A stretch of DNA of 64,000 nucleotides from Minisyncoccota bacterium (lineage in GTDB: Bacteria > Patescibacteriota > Minisyncoccia > Phycocordibacterales > UBA12079): positions 7,485-71,484 of the forward strand of contig JAGLLX010000003.1 of NCBI GenBank assembly GCA_023140255.1, in the 5' to 3' direction. The position numbers were made by a program, and so were the translations under genes. This document shows, in pieces, positions 8,210 through 18,326 of this stretch (positions are counted from its first letter, which is position 1; each line of letters opens with the position of its first letter). The notes under the pieces are model-generated. The model saw only the letters and a program-made list of their open reading frames with translations, was not told the DNA's origin and searched no databases.

Positions 8210-9871
8210 ATGAAAGACCTTAATCCTATCACATATTTCGCTGAAGCAGATCGGCGTAATAAAAGAACTCCGTTTGGCATAAAGGCTAGTGATAGAACTC
8301 GTCATGTTTATGTTATTGGTAAGACTGGTATGGGAAAATCTACTATGCTGGAAAATATGGCCGTGCAAGATATTAAAGAAGGGAATGGAATTTGTTTTAT
8401 AGATCCTCACGGACAATCAGTTAAAAAGTTTTTAGATTATATTCCAGAAGAAAGAATTGAGGATGTAATTTATTTTGCTCCTTTTGATGTAGATAATCCT
8501 ATTTCTTTTAATGTTATGGAAGATGTTGGTTCTGATAAAAGACACTTAGTGGCCCAAGGACTTCTCTCAGCTTTTAAAAAGATTTGGGGAGAAGAAACTT
8601 TTTCAGATAGAATGGAACATATTACTAACAATACTTTATTGGCTCTTTTAGAATACCCAGGTTCAACTATGTTGGGTATGACTAAAATTTTTACAGACGC
8701 AAAATATCGTAAAAAAGTTGTAGATAATATTACCGATCCATCTGTAAAATCTTTTTGGACTGATGAATTTGCTGGTTGGGATGAAAGATATAGAAAAGAT
8801 GCTTATGCTGCTATTTTGAATAAGGTAGGACAATTTACTTCTAACCCTTTAATTAGAAATATTATTGGACAGAAAAAATCATCTTTTAGTTTTAGAGATA
8901 TTATAGATAACAAAAAGATTCTTTTGGTTAATTTATCCATTGGGCAAGTAGGGGAAGCTAATGCTGATTTGTTGGGTTCAATGCTAACTACTAAAATTTA
9001 TTTAGCAGCTATGAGTCGTGCTGATGTATCAACTGAGGAATTAGCTAAATTACCTAATTTTTATTTGTATATTGATGAGTTTCAGAACTTAGCTAATGAT
9101 TCTTTTGCTGATATTTTATCTCAAGCAAGAAAATATAAATTAAATTTAACTATTGCTCACCAATATGTTGAACAAATGCCTGATGTAGTGCGAGCTGCAG
9201 TATTTGGAAACGTTGGAACGATGATTGCTTTTAGAGTAGGAGCGACTGATGCTGAGCAATTAGAAAAAGAATTTTCTCCTGAATTTACAGCTGATGATTT
9301 GGTTAATTTAGGATTTGCTCAAATTTATTTAAGGTTAATGATTGATGGAATTGGTTCCACACCTTTTTCAGCCAAGACTTTGCCGCCAATTACTAAACCA
9401 GAATTTTCCTATGAAACAGAAGTGATAGAATCTTCTAGAAAATTGTTTACTCGTAAAAAACAAGAAGTTGAGACAAATATTGAAGAATGGCTTAACTCTA
9501 CAAAGGTTAAACCACAAGAACAGCCTAAGAAAACAACAGGATCTTTTAATAAAACAAAGGAACCTTTCAGGAAAACAACAGGATTATCTACTAATAATCA
9601 AATTAATAATAAGCATACTTGTACAATTCAACCGATAACTAACAGAACTAATACAACGAATGGAAACCATAAGCCTATTGAAAAAAATAATTCATTAAAA
9701 GAGGCTTTGTCAGAAGCTTTGAAGGATTTAGAAAAAGACAATAAGAACGAATCCAATTTAGATAGCAATAACAGAAATACTTCTCTTGTGGAACAAAAAC
9801 AAAGTAAAGAGATTGCAAAAACTGATTTGGAAAAAATGTTATATGTTAAGCATCCTAAAGGAAATAACTAA
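8210..9871 (+). CDS. VirB4/TraM-VirD4-like (HerA/FtsK superfamily) ATPase of the type common in CPR
   Basis: Walker A GKTGMGKS; IDPHG; YIDEFQN; QARKYKLNLTIAHQY. Confidence 0.85.
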   Translation: MKDLNPITYFAEADRRNKRTPFGIKASDRTRHVYVIGKTGMGKSTMLENMAVQDIKEGNGICFIDPHGQSVKKFLDYIPEERIEDVIYFAPFDVDNPISFNVMEDVGSDKRHLVAQGLLSAFKKIWGEETFSDRMEHITNNTLLALLEYPGSTMLGMTKIFTDAKYRKKVVDNITDPSVKSFWTDEFAGWDERYRKDAYAAILNKVGQFTSNPLIRNIIGQKKSSFSFRDIIDNKKILLVNLSIGQVGEANADLLGSMLTTKIYLAAMSRADVSTEELAKLPNFYLYIDEFQNLANDSFADILSQARKYKLNLTIAHQYVEQMPDVVRAAVFGNVGTMIAFRVGATDAEQLEKEFSPEFTADDLVNLGFAQIYLRLMIDGIGSTPFSAKTLPPITKPEFSYETEVIESSRKLFTRKKQEVETNIEEWLNSTKVKPQEQPKKTTGSFNKTKEPFRKTTGLSTNNQINNKHTCTIQPITNRTNTTNGNHKPIEKNNSLKEALSEALKDLEKDNKNESNLDSNNRNTSLVEQKQSKEIAKTDLEKMLYVKHPKGNN

Positions 9872-11288
9872 TTATATAATTAAGAAAAAACAACTATCAA
9901 TAATAGTTGTTTTTTGTATCTTAGTTTTTAACCCAGCTATTCTTTTTGCCCAAATTGAAATAACTGAAATAATGTATGATTTAGAAATTGGTGGTGACAC
10001 AGGAAGGGAATGGATAGAGATTTACAATTCAGGAACAGGAGATATTGATATTAGTGAATTAAAATTATATGAAGCTGAAACTAATCATAAAATAAAACCA
10101 ATTATAGAAGACGGAAATACTATTTTAGCAGGAGGTGATTATGCAATTTTAGTAGATAATTATGAAAAATTTAAAGAAGATTGGCCGAATTTTTCAGGTT
10201 TAGTTCTAGATACAGCTTTTTCTTTAAAAAATACAGGTGAATTATTAATCTTAAGAAATTCTGAATTAGTAGATATTGATTCAGTTAATTATTTATCTGA
10301 TTGGGGAGCAAATGGAGATGGAAAATCTTTGCAAAAAATAAATGGAGATTGGCTGGGTGCTTCTCCTAGTCTAGGAAAAAGTAATTCTTCAGATTTCTCT
10401 GAAGAAGAGGAAGAAGATTCAGGAAATGAAACAATAGAGCCTTCTTCTCAAAGTTCAGGTTTTGACTTCATTGAAATAAATATAAAAGCAAAAATTGATT
10501 CACTTGAATATTTACCTGTAGCAGGAGCAGATGTTGTTTTTAAAGGAAAAGCTTTAGGTTTAGAGAATGAACTTTTAGAAAACGCTAGTTATCAATGGGC
10601 ATTTGGAGATGGAACTAAAGGAAAGGGTCAGAGCATTTTACATAATTTTACTTATCCAGGGGAATATTTGGTTGTTATGGAAGTTATTTCTGGAGAATAT
10701 GCTACTTCTGATAGATTAAAAATAAAAGTTATTCCATCTGAAATGATTATTTCATCTATAAACTTAGATTTAAATAATAATTTTATTGAAATATATAATC
10801 CTTCAAATTATGAAGTTAATCTTTCTTGGTGGAGATTAAGAACTGATAACACTTTTTTTACTTTTCCTAAAAATACTATTTTATTACCGAATTCTCATTT
10901 AAAATTATCTTTTAATGTTACTCAATTATTAGTAAAAGAAAATTCAATAGTGCAATTGCTTTATCCAAACGGAATGTTAACCTTTAATTATTCATTTAAA
11001 GAAGATTCTGGACTAGTTACTTATGTTGAAAGTCCAAAACTTTCGGTGGAACAGAAAATAACACCAATTGTTCAAAAATCAGTGATTTATTCAGTAGAAA
11101 AACCAGTAGAAGATGGTATTTCTGAGCAGGTGGCTACAATAAAAGATTCTCTAGGTGGCGAAGATACTGAAAAAAGTAAATTTCCTTTGAATAAATGGAA
11201 TTTGATGCTAGGTGGAATCACTTTTATTGCTGTTGTTGGAGTGGCTTATGCGACAAAATTAGATTCAGACAATGAAAATCTTTTTTGA
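9843..11288 (+). CDS. Lamin-tail-domain + PKD-domain membrane protein (start approximate)
   Basis: ITEIMYD..EWIEIYN (LTD, twice); YQWAFGDG..H..YPGEY (PKD); C-terminal TM. Confidence 0.8.
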   Translation: MLSILKEITNYIIKKKQLSIIVVFCILVFNPAILFAQIEITEIMYDLEIGGDTGREWIEIYNSGTGDIDISELKLYEAETNHKIKPIIEDGNTILAGGDYAILVDNYEKFKEDWPNFSGLVLDTAFSLKNTGELLILRNSELVDIDSVNYLSDWGANGDGKSLQKINGDWLGASPSLGKSNSSDFSEEEEEDSGNETIEPSSQSSGFDFIEINIKAKIDSLEYLPVAGADVVFKGKALGLENELLENASYQWAFGDGTKGKGQSILHNFTYPGEYLVVMEVISGEYATSDRLKIKVIPSEMIISSINLDLNNNFIEIYNPSNYEVNLSWWRLRTDNTFFTFPKNTILLPNSHLKLSFNVTQLLVKENSIVQLLYPNGMLTFNYSFKEDSGLVTYVESPKLSVEQKITPIVQKSVIYSVEKPVEDGISEQVATIKDSLGGEDTEKSKFPLNKWNLMLGGITFIAVVGVAYATKLDSDNENLF

Positions 11289-11336
11289 TTTTAAAAATAG
11301 GGGGTTTTTGGTACAATAAATAAGGTATATATCAGT

Positions 11337-11446
11337 CCCGTTAGAGATTTGGCGGGAAAAAGATTAGTAATTTAATTTGAAGATAGTTATTAAAAGTAAG
11401 GGACTTGTCCCGTTAGAGATACTTTTAATAAAGTATCTCTAACGGG
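11337..11446. mobile_element. MITE-like element, copy 2 (110 bp)
   Basis: Near-identical to 5092-5201; flanks ATCAGT/ATGAGT; internal perfect 17-bp stem 11409-11446. Confidence 0.85.
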
Positions 11447-12631
11447 ATGAGTAATAAAAGAATTTTAATATTTTCTACAGCTTATTATCCTTTTGTAGGT
11501 GGAGCTGAGGTGGCCATAAAAGAGATTACTGATCGTACTAGCGGGATAGATTTTCATATGCTTACTGCTAGAATGGATAGGACTCTATCTAAAAAAGAAA
11601 AGATAGGAAATATTTTAGTACATAGAATAGGGTTTGGGATTCCTAAGATTGATAAATTATGTCTTGCTTTTTTTGGATTTTTTTATGCTCAAAGATTACA
11701 AAAACAAAATAAATATTCAGTTGTTTGGGCTATGATGGCAAGTTATGGAGGTTTCGCTGCTTCAAAATTTAAATTTTTAAATCCAGAGATAAATTTTCTA
11801 CTAACTTTGCAGGAAGGAGATAGCCTTGATTATATTGCTAAAAGAACTTACTTTGTTAAAAAACAATTTAAAGATATTTTTATACGAGCTGATAAAATAC
11901 AATGTATTAGTACTTATCTAGCTGAATGGGCAAAAATGATGGGAGCAAGATGTTCTATTGAGGTGATTCCAAACGGAGTAGATATTAAAAACTTTTCACA
12001 AGAATATTCTGAAAAAGAATTATCTGATTTAAAATTAAAATTTAATAAAACACTAGAAGATAAGTTTTTGATTCATACGGGACGTTTAACTTATAAAAAT
12101 GCTGTAGATGATTTAATTCAAGCTCTTATTTATTTACCAGAGAGTATTAAAATATTATTGGTTGGAAAGGGAGAAGACGAAGAAAAATTGAGAGCTATTG
12201 TTCAAGAAAAAGGCTTGAAAAATAGAGTTTATTTTTTAGGATTTATTGATCATAAAGAAATTCCACAATATTTAAGAATTTCTGATATTTTTGTAAGGGC
12301 TTCATTGTCAGAAGGATTAGGAAATTCATTTTTAGAAGCGATGTTAACTTCTTTACCTGTAATTGCTACTCAAGAAGGTGGAATCGTAGATTTTTTGTTT
12401 GATGAAAAAAGAAATCCTAATAAAGAAGTAACAGGTTGGGCTGTTGATTCTAGAAGCCCTGAGCAAATAGCGGAAGCAGTTAAATGTATTTTAAGTAATT
12501 CTGAGAAAGCTAAAAAAGTTACTGATACTGCTAAAAAAATGGTTTTAGAAAAATATAATTGGGATATTTTAGCAAAAGAAATGCAAGAAAAAGTTTTTAA
12601 TAAATTATTTGGAAGCCGGGCTTCCAAATGA
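11447..12631 (+). CDS. GT4 glycosyltransferase
   Basis: VGGAE; IPNGVD; EGLGNSFLEAM (EX7E). Confidence 0.9.
   Translation: MSNKRILIFSTAYYPFVGGAEVAIKEITDRTSGIDFHMLTARMDRTLSKKEKIGNILVHRIGFGIPKIDKLCLAFFGFFYAQRLQKQNKYSVVWAMMASYGGFAASKFKFLNPEINFLLTLQEGDSLDYIAKRTYFVKKQFKDIFIRADKIQCISTYLAEWAKMMGARCSIEVIPNGVDIKNFSQEYSEKELSDLKLKFNKTLEDKFLIHTGRLTYKNAVDDLIQALIYLPESIKILLVGKGEDEEKLRAIVQEKGLKNRVYFLGFIDHKEIPQYLRISDIFVRASLSEGLGNSFLEAMLTSLPVIATQEGGIVDFLFDEKRNPNKEVTGWAVDSRSPEQIAEAVKCILSNSEKAKKVTDTAKKMVLEKYNWDILAKEMQEKVFNKLFGSRASK
12607..12629. repeat. REP-like 23-nt palindrome
   Basis: ATTTGGAAGCC-G-GGCTTCCAAAT; also 12827-12859, 13302-13324, 13889-13909, variant 38455-38477. Confidence 0.85.
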
Positions 12632-12643
12632 TATAATTATGTT

Positions 12644-13336
12644 ATGCCAAGAAGAAAAATTACATTTGAAAATGGGGAATTTTATCACATATATAATCGT
12701 GGAGTAGATAAGCGTAATATTGTAAAAAATAAAAATGATATTATGCGAATGTTAGAAAGTCTTGAAGTTTTTAATACAACAGAACTGATTGGAAGTATTT
12801 ATGAAGATACTCGTAGAAAAAGAAATAACCAATTTGGAAGCCGGGCTTCCAAATTGGTTGATATTCTAGCATTTAATATCTTAGATAATCATTATCATCT
12901 TGTTTTAAAACAATTAAGTGATGGAGGTATTAGTAAGTTTATGCATTCTTTTGGAACAGGTTATGCAAAACACTTTAATGAAAAATATGATAGAGTAGGG
13001 TCTTTATTTCAAGGAGTTTTTAAAGCTGAGCACATAAACTCTGATAAATATTTAAGTTATGTAGTTTCTTATGTAAATATTAATCACTTTATTCATAGTT
13101 ATGAATCATTTGGAAGTTCTATCTCTGAATGGGGAATGAGAAGCAGTTTAGAACAATATGTGGATCATAGAAGAGAACATAAGAATAAGTATTTTGAATG
13201 TGATATTGATATAATTAAAAGTAGATTTAAAAATGGAAAGGAATATTTAAAAGAAGCTATTGAAATTTCTAAAAATATTAAGGAGAGAAGAAAAGATAAA
13301 AATTTGGAAGCCGGGCTTCCAAATGATAGTTTTTAA
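12644..13336 (+). mobile_element. REP-associated tyrosine transposase (RAYT, IS200/Y1 HUH family)
   Basis: YHIYNRG; HUH motif NHYHL; GSLFQGVFK; YVNIN catalytic Tyr region; flanking and internal palindromes. Confidence 0.88.
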
Positions 13337-13352
13337 TAAATTAATATAAAAA

Positions 13353-14462
13353 ATGAAAATTTTAATCACAACAGGAATATATCCTCCAGATATTGGAGGG
13401 CCAGCAACTTATTCAAAATTACTTTTTGATAAATTGCCAGAGAGAGGGGTAGAAGTAAAAATTTTATCTTTTGGTGAAGTTCGTAATTTACCTAAAATAA
13501 TTAGACATTTTGTTTATTTTTATAAGATTTTAATAAGAGGGCGGAAGGTAGATGTGATTTATGCTCAAGATCCAGTGAGTGTAGGTTTTCCAACTATGTT
13601 AGCTAATAAGATTTTAAAGAAAAGATTTTTGATTCGGATTGCGGGCGATTATGCTTGGGAACAAGGGGTGCAAAGATTTGAGGTAAAAGATAAGTTAGAT
13701 GATTTTTCTGCTCAAAAAGATAAATATGGTTTTTTTGTTTCTTTATTTAAGAAAATTCAGACTAAGGTGGCTCAATCTGCAGAAAGAATAATTGTACCTA
13801 GTAGATATTTTAAAGGGGTGATAGAAAATTGGGGGATAGATTCAGAAAAAATTAAGGTAATTTATAATGGGATAGATATTTTTAAAAACGTGGAAGCCCG
13901 GCTTCCACGGTTTCCACGGGGTTTAAATAATGGGGGGAAGGTTTTGTTATCAGTTGGAAGACTGGTTCCTTGGAAGGGTTTTGATGTTTTAATTGAATGT
14001 ATGCCTGAAATTTTGAAAAATTATCCTGATTTACAATTGAAAATTGTAGGTGAAGGTCCTCAAAGACAAGAATTAGAAGGCTTGATTAAGAATTTAGATT
14101 TAGAAGAAAATGTTATTTTGACGGGTCAAATTGTTAGAGAAGAATTATTATTATTAAAAAAAGAAGCTGATATCTTTTTATTTAATACTAATTGGGAATC
14201 TTTTTCTTTTGATACTGTGGAATGTATGAATTTGAGATTACCAGTTATTACTACTAAAGTGGGGTCATTACCAGAACTAATTCAGGATGATATAGACGGA
14301 ATTTTAATAGAACCAAATAATAAAAAACAAATATTAAGTGCTATTGTTAAAATTTTTGTAAATGATCAATTTAGAGAGAAAATTATTGAAAACGCCTATA
14401 ATAAATCTAAACAATTTTCTATTGAAAATACTCTAAATAACTTAGAAAAAGTTCTAAAATAA
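13353..14462 (+). CDS. GT4 glycosyltransferase
   Basis: YPPDIGGPA; VGRLVPWKG; ESFSFDTVE. Confidence 0.9.
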   Translation: MKILITTGIYPPDIGGPATYSKLLFDKLPERGVEVKILSFGEVRNLPKIIRHFVYFYKILIRGRKVDVIYAQDPVSVGFPTMLANKILKKRFLIRIAGDYAWEQGVQRFEVKDKLDDFSAQKDKYGFFVSLFKKIQTKVAQSAERIIVPSRYFKGVIENWGIDSEKIKVIYNGIDIFKNVEARLPRFPRGLNNGGKVLLSVGRLVPWKGFDVLIECMPEILKNYPDLQLKIVGEGPQRQELEGLIKNLDLEENVILTGQIVREELLLLKKEADIFLFNTNWESFSFDTVECMNLRLPVITTKVGSLPELIQDDIDGILIEPNNKKQILSAIVKIFVNDQFREKIIENAYNKSKQFSIENTLNNLEKVLK

Positions 14463-14505
14463 ATAATTCATTTTTTTATATTCATTATTTGTTATACTAA
14501 AGATA

Positions 14506-15660
14506 ATGAATATTTTAATGTTAAGTACTGACAAAAAAATATTTGAGGAAAAAAGCTTTGTAAGACAAAGGCTTTTAGACTATTCTGAGTTAGTTGATAA
14601 TTTATGTGTAATCGTTTTGAATTTAGATTCAGAATCTTATAAAAAAATAAGAATCGGTGAAAAATGTACGGTTTATCCAACTAATTCAACAAGTAAATTT
14701 TTATATATTTTTGATGCTATAAAAATTGCTTCAAATATTAAAGAATTTAAGTCTACAAACAAAAAAAAGATAGATTTAATTACTGCTCAAGACGCTTACG
14801 AGACAGGTTTTATTGCTTGGGTTATTTCTAAAAAAATTAAAATTAAACTAGAATTACAAATTCATACTGATTTGTTTAATAGATATTTTAAGAAACATTC
14901 GTTTGCTAATTTTTTTAGATCTACAATAGCTCGGTTTCTTTTGTCACAAGCAAATCATATTAGAGTTGTTTCCAAGAGGATAGAGCAATCTTTACCTAAA
15001 AAAATTCAAAAAAAACCAATTACAGTAGTTCCTATTTTTACAAGTTCAAACTTAATTCAAGTTTCAGCTCCAAACTTTTCTTTAAAAAAGAAATATTCTC
15101 AATTTAAATTTATAATTTTAATGATGTCTCGTTTGGAAAGTGAAAAAAATATTTCTTTAGCTATCTCTGCTATGGAAGATGTTATAGATATTTTCCCTAA
15201 GACTGGATTAATAATAGTGGGGGAAGGTTCACAGAGAAAAAATTTGAGAAGATTGGCTAGAAGAAAAGGTTTAGAAGAAAAAGTAATCTTTAAAAAATGG
15301 ACTGATGACCCTATTTCATATTACAAAACAGCTGATTTGTTTCTTTCAACCTCTAACTATGAGGGTTATGGGCTTTCTTTGGTTGAAGCAATTGTTTCTA
15401 AGTGTCCAATATTAACCACAAAAGTTGGAATAGTAGGAGAAGTCTTGAGTGGGAATAATGCTTTATTGTGTGAAGTAGGAAATGAAAAATGTATTGCTCA
15501 AAGTATAAAAAATGTTCAACAGCATCCTGAATTAGCAGAAGAATTGAAAGAAAAAGCATATAATGATTTTATGAATAAAATTCCGCAAAGCCGAAATGAA
15601 AATTTAGCCTTAATCAAAGAAGGTTGGTCAAAGGCTATAGGAGACGAGTTAAAAGTTTAA
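14506..15660 (+). CDS. GT4 glycosyltransferase
   Basis: SRLESEKN; EGYGLSLVEA. Confidence 0.9.
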   Translation: MNILMLSTDKKIFEEKSFVRQRLLDYSELVDNLCVIVLNLDSESYKKIRIGEKCTVYPTNSTSKFLYIFDAIKIASNIKEFKSTNKKKIDLITAQDAYETGFIAWVISKKIKIKLELQIHTDLFNRYFKKHSFANFFRSTIARFLLSQANHIRVVSKRIEQSLPKKIQKKPITVVPIFTSSNLIQVSAPNFSLKKKYSQFKFIILMMSRLESEKNISLAISAMEDVIDIFPKTGLIIVGEGSQRKNLRRLARRKGLEEKVIFKKWTDDPISYYKTADLFLSTSNYEGYGLSLVEAIVSKCPILTTKVGIVGEVLSGNNALLCEVGNEKCIAQSIKNVQQHPELAEELKEKAYNDFMNKIPQSRNENLALIKEGWSKAIGDELKV

Positions 15661-15729
15661 GGTCTATAAAGTCTAAAGTTAGTAATTAATTTTGTTAGAT
15701 AAGTTTTAGCTGTATACTTATATTTAAAT

Positions 15730-16131
15730 ATGAATAATTTTGATAAGTGGAATAAAAAGAAAAAAATATTAGATAAAAAAGATATTGATAATTTAAAAAT
15801 CTTTTTTAACAAAAGAGAGATTTGGTGGTGTGCAGTAGGAAATAATATAGGGTTAGAACAAAATGGAAAAGGAGAAAATTTTGAGAGACCTGTTCTGATT
15901 TTTAAAAAATTTAATAAATATGTATTTTTAGGAATTCCTTTAACAACAAAAGAGAAAAATTTAAAGTTGCCTTTTTATTTTAAACTTACAGGAGCAAAGA
16001 TAGAGTCAATAGCTGTTCTTTCGCAGATTAGACTTTTTAGTTCTAAAAGATTGCTTAGGGAAATAGAAACAATAAAACCAGAGTTATTTAAACAGCTTAA
16101 AAACCAATTAAGGATAGTAGAAGATTTATAA
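15730..16131 (+). CDS. PemK/MazF-family toxin-like endoribonuclease (no adjacent protein antitoxin)
   Basis: EIWWCAVGNNIGLEQNGK..RPVLIFKKF..GIPLTT; LSQIR. Confidence 0.8.
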   Translation: MNNFDKWNKKKKILDKKDIDNLKIFFNKREIWWCAVGNNIGLEQNGKGENFERPVLIFKKFNKYVFLGIPLTTKEKNLKLPFYFKLTGAKIESIAVLSQIRLFSSKRLLREIETIKPELFKQLKNQLRIVEDL

Positions 16132-16190
16132 AAAAGCCCCCCCACCTGTAAGGGTGGGGGGTCGACTGTCTCCAAAAGGAAACCATTTAT
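16130..16190 (-). ncRNA. Candidate convergent small RNA downstream of the PemK-like gene
   Basis: Minus-strand TTGACT(16224-19)-16nt-TATTAT(16202-197); GC stem 16138-16161 followed by U-run on the minus strand only. Confidence 0.45.
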
Positions 16191-16223
16191 ACTTTAATAA
16201 TATATTATATATAAAAAAAGTCA

Positions 16224-17285
16224 ATGAAATTACTTATATTAACTCAACGGGTAGATAAAAATGATGATGTCCTTGGTTTTTTCCATGATTGGATAGCTGA
16301 GTTTGCTAAACGTTGTGAAAAAGTAACAGTGATTGCTTTGGGGGTGGGAGAATATGATTTACCAAGAAATGTGAAAGTTCTTTCCCTAGGGAAAGAACTT
16401 TCTAGTCAAATGTCGAAAGTCTATAAAGTCGAAAGTAAGAAAAAATATACTTTTAATTTTTATAGATATATTTGGTCTGAAAGAAATAGTTATGACAATG
16501 TCTTTGTACACATGAACCCTGAATATGTTGTTTTAGGAGGTCTTTTTTGGCGAATAATGGGTAAAAAAATAGGACTTTGGTATACACATAAGTCAGTTGA
16601 TTTAAAACTAAGAATTGCTGAAAAATTAACTCACACCATTTTTTCTGCATCAAAAGAATCTTTTCGTTTAAAAAGTAAAAAATTAAATATTGTGGGGCAT
16701 GGGATTGATATTAATAAATATATATGTAAATCAACATCTACTAGAAAAGAAATTGATATACTTTGTGTTGGAAGAATAAGCGAAATTAAAAATCAAAAAC
16801 TTTTGATAAATGCTGTTGATATTTTAGTTAATCAAAATAAGCAAAGGGATTTAAAGGTTGCTTTGATAGGAACTGCGACTTTATCTAAAGATAAACTTTA
16901 TTTAGATGAATTAAAAAATTTTGTTAATGAAAAAGGATTAAATAACAATATTATATTTGAGGGAAGTGTTCCTAATAAAGATATTCTTAAATATTATTGT
17001 AAATCAAAGATTGCGATCAATTTGTCTCCAACTGGTGGTTTAGATAAGGTTGTTTTAGAATCAATGGCCGTGGGCTTACCTACGATTGTTCTTAACAAAA
17101 CATTTAAAAATATTTTACCTAATAATTTTATAATTTCAGATAAGAATGCTTCTGTGTTAGCTGGGAAAATTAAGGAAATTTTAAAAGAGCCTGTTTTACA
17201 AAAACAATTAACAGAAAAAGTTAAAAGAGATTTTTCTTTACAAGAACTAATTACTAAAGTTCTTAATTTGTATTATGCAAAATAA
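16224..17285 (+). CDS. GT4 glycosyltransferase
   Basis: VGHGID; VGRISEIK; GGLDKVVLESM. Confidence 0.9.
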   Translation: MKLLILTQRVDKNDDVLGFFHDWIAEFAKRCEKVTVIALGVGEYDLPRNVKVLSLGKELSSQMSKVYKVESKKKYTFNFYRYIWSERNSYDNVFVHMNPEYVVLGGLFWRIMGKKIGLWYTHKSVDLKLRIAEKLTHTIFSASKESFRLKSKKLNIVGHGIDINKYICKSTSTRKEIDILCVGRISEIKNQKLLINAVDILVNQNKQRDLKVALIGTATLSKDKLYLDELKNFVNEKGLNNNIIFEGSVPNKDILKYYCKSKIAINLSPTGGLDKVVLESMAVGLPTIVLNKTFKNILPNNFIISDKNASVLAGKIKEILKEPVLQKQLTEKVKRDFSLQELITKVLNLYYAK

Positions 17286-18324
17286 AAAATTAACAATTTG
17301 TTTTTTTGGAAGATATGATAATAAGTATTCTAGGAACCGTATTTTAATTAAAGGGTTATTAGAAAATGATGTAAATGTAATTGAATGTAGAACAGAATTA
17401 AAAGGAGTTATTAAATATTTTGATTTAATTAAAAAACATTGGAAGATTCGTAAGGAATACGATGTTTTATTTGTAGCTTTTCCGGGGTGGCATTCCGTTG
17501 TTTTAGCTAAGTTTTTAACAAGGAAACCTGTAATTTTTGATGCGTTTGTTTCTATTTATGACTCAACTGTTTTTGATAGAAAAAATACTAAAGAAGATTC
17601 ATTAAAAGCAAAATATTTTTGGTTTATAGATTGGATCTCTTGTAAATTGGCAGATAAAGTTATCTTAGACACTAATGAGCATATAAAATATTTTGTTCAA
17701 GAATTTGGAATTAAAAAAGAAAAATTTGAGAGAATATTTGTTGGGTCTTTTGCAGAAACTTTTTCATTTCCTAAAATAGAAAGAAAAAATAATAAATTTA
17801 TTGTAAGTTTTTATGGGTTTCTTATTCCCCTGCAAGGGGTTAGATACATAATAGATACAGCTAAACTTTTAGAAAAATATGATGATATCCAATTTAATCT
17901 CATTGGAACAAAAATAAAGAAAAGATACCAAAATGAGGTATTTTCTAATATTAATTTTATAGAAGATCGATCCTATAAAGATCTTTTAGGTTTATTAAAA
18001 CAGTCAAGTGTATGTTTGGGCATCTTTGGAGATACTGATAAAACACAAAGAGTAATTCCTAATAAAGTTTTTGATTGTGTTGCTTTAAAAAAGCCAGTAA
18101 TTACAGCTGACACTTTAGCTATTAAAGAGTTATTTGATGAAGATGATTTATATCTAATACCTCCTGTTAATTCTAAAAGATTAGCAAAAGCTATTTTAGA
18201 GTTGAGAAATGATTATGATTTAATGGAAAAAATAGCCCAAAATGGTTACAATAGATTTAATCAAAATACAAAGATACAAAGTTTAGGGGAACGATTAAAA
18301 GAAATATCATTAACCTTGTTATAA
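17275..18324 (+). CDS. GT4 glycosyltransferase
   Basis: PLQGVRYI; RVIPNKVFD. Confidence 0.88.
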   Translation: MQNKKLTICFFGRYDNKYSRNRILIKGLLENDVNVIECRTELKGVIKYFDLIKKHWKIRKEYDVLFVAFPGWHSVVLAKFLTRKPVIFDAFVSIYDSTVFDRKNTKEDSLKAKYFWFIDWISCKLADKVILDTNEHIKYFVQEFGIKKEKFERIFVGSFAETFSFPKIERKNNKFIVSFYGFLIPLQGVRYIIDTAKLLEKYDDIQFNLIGTKIKKRYQNEVFSNINFIEDRSYKDLLGLLKQSSVCLGIFGDTDKTQRVIPNKVFDCVALKKPVITADTLAIKELFDEDDLYLIPPVNSKRLAKAILELRNDYDLMEKIAQNGYNRFNQNTKIQSLGERLKEISLTLL

Positions 18325-18326
18325 AA

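Noticed and set aside
8210-9871. Conjugative element suggested by the VirB4/TraM-like ATPase
   Set aside because: No relaxase, other T4SS genes or integrase nearby; this family is a common chromosomal gene in CPR
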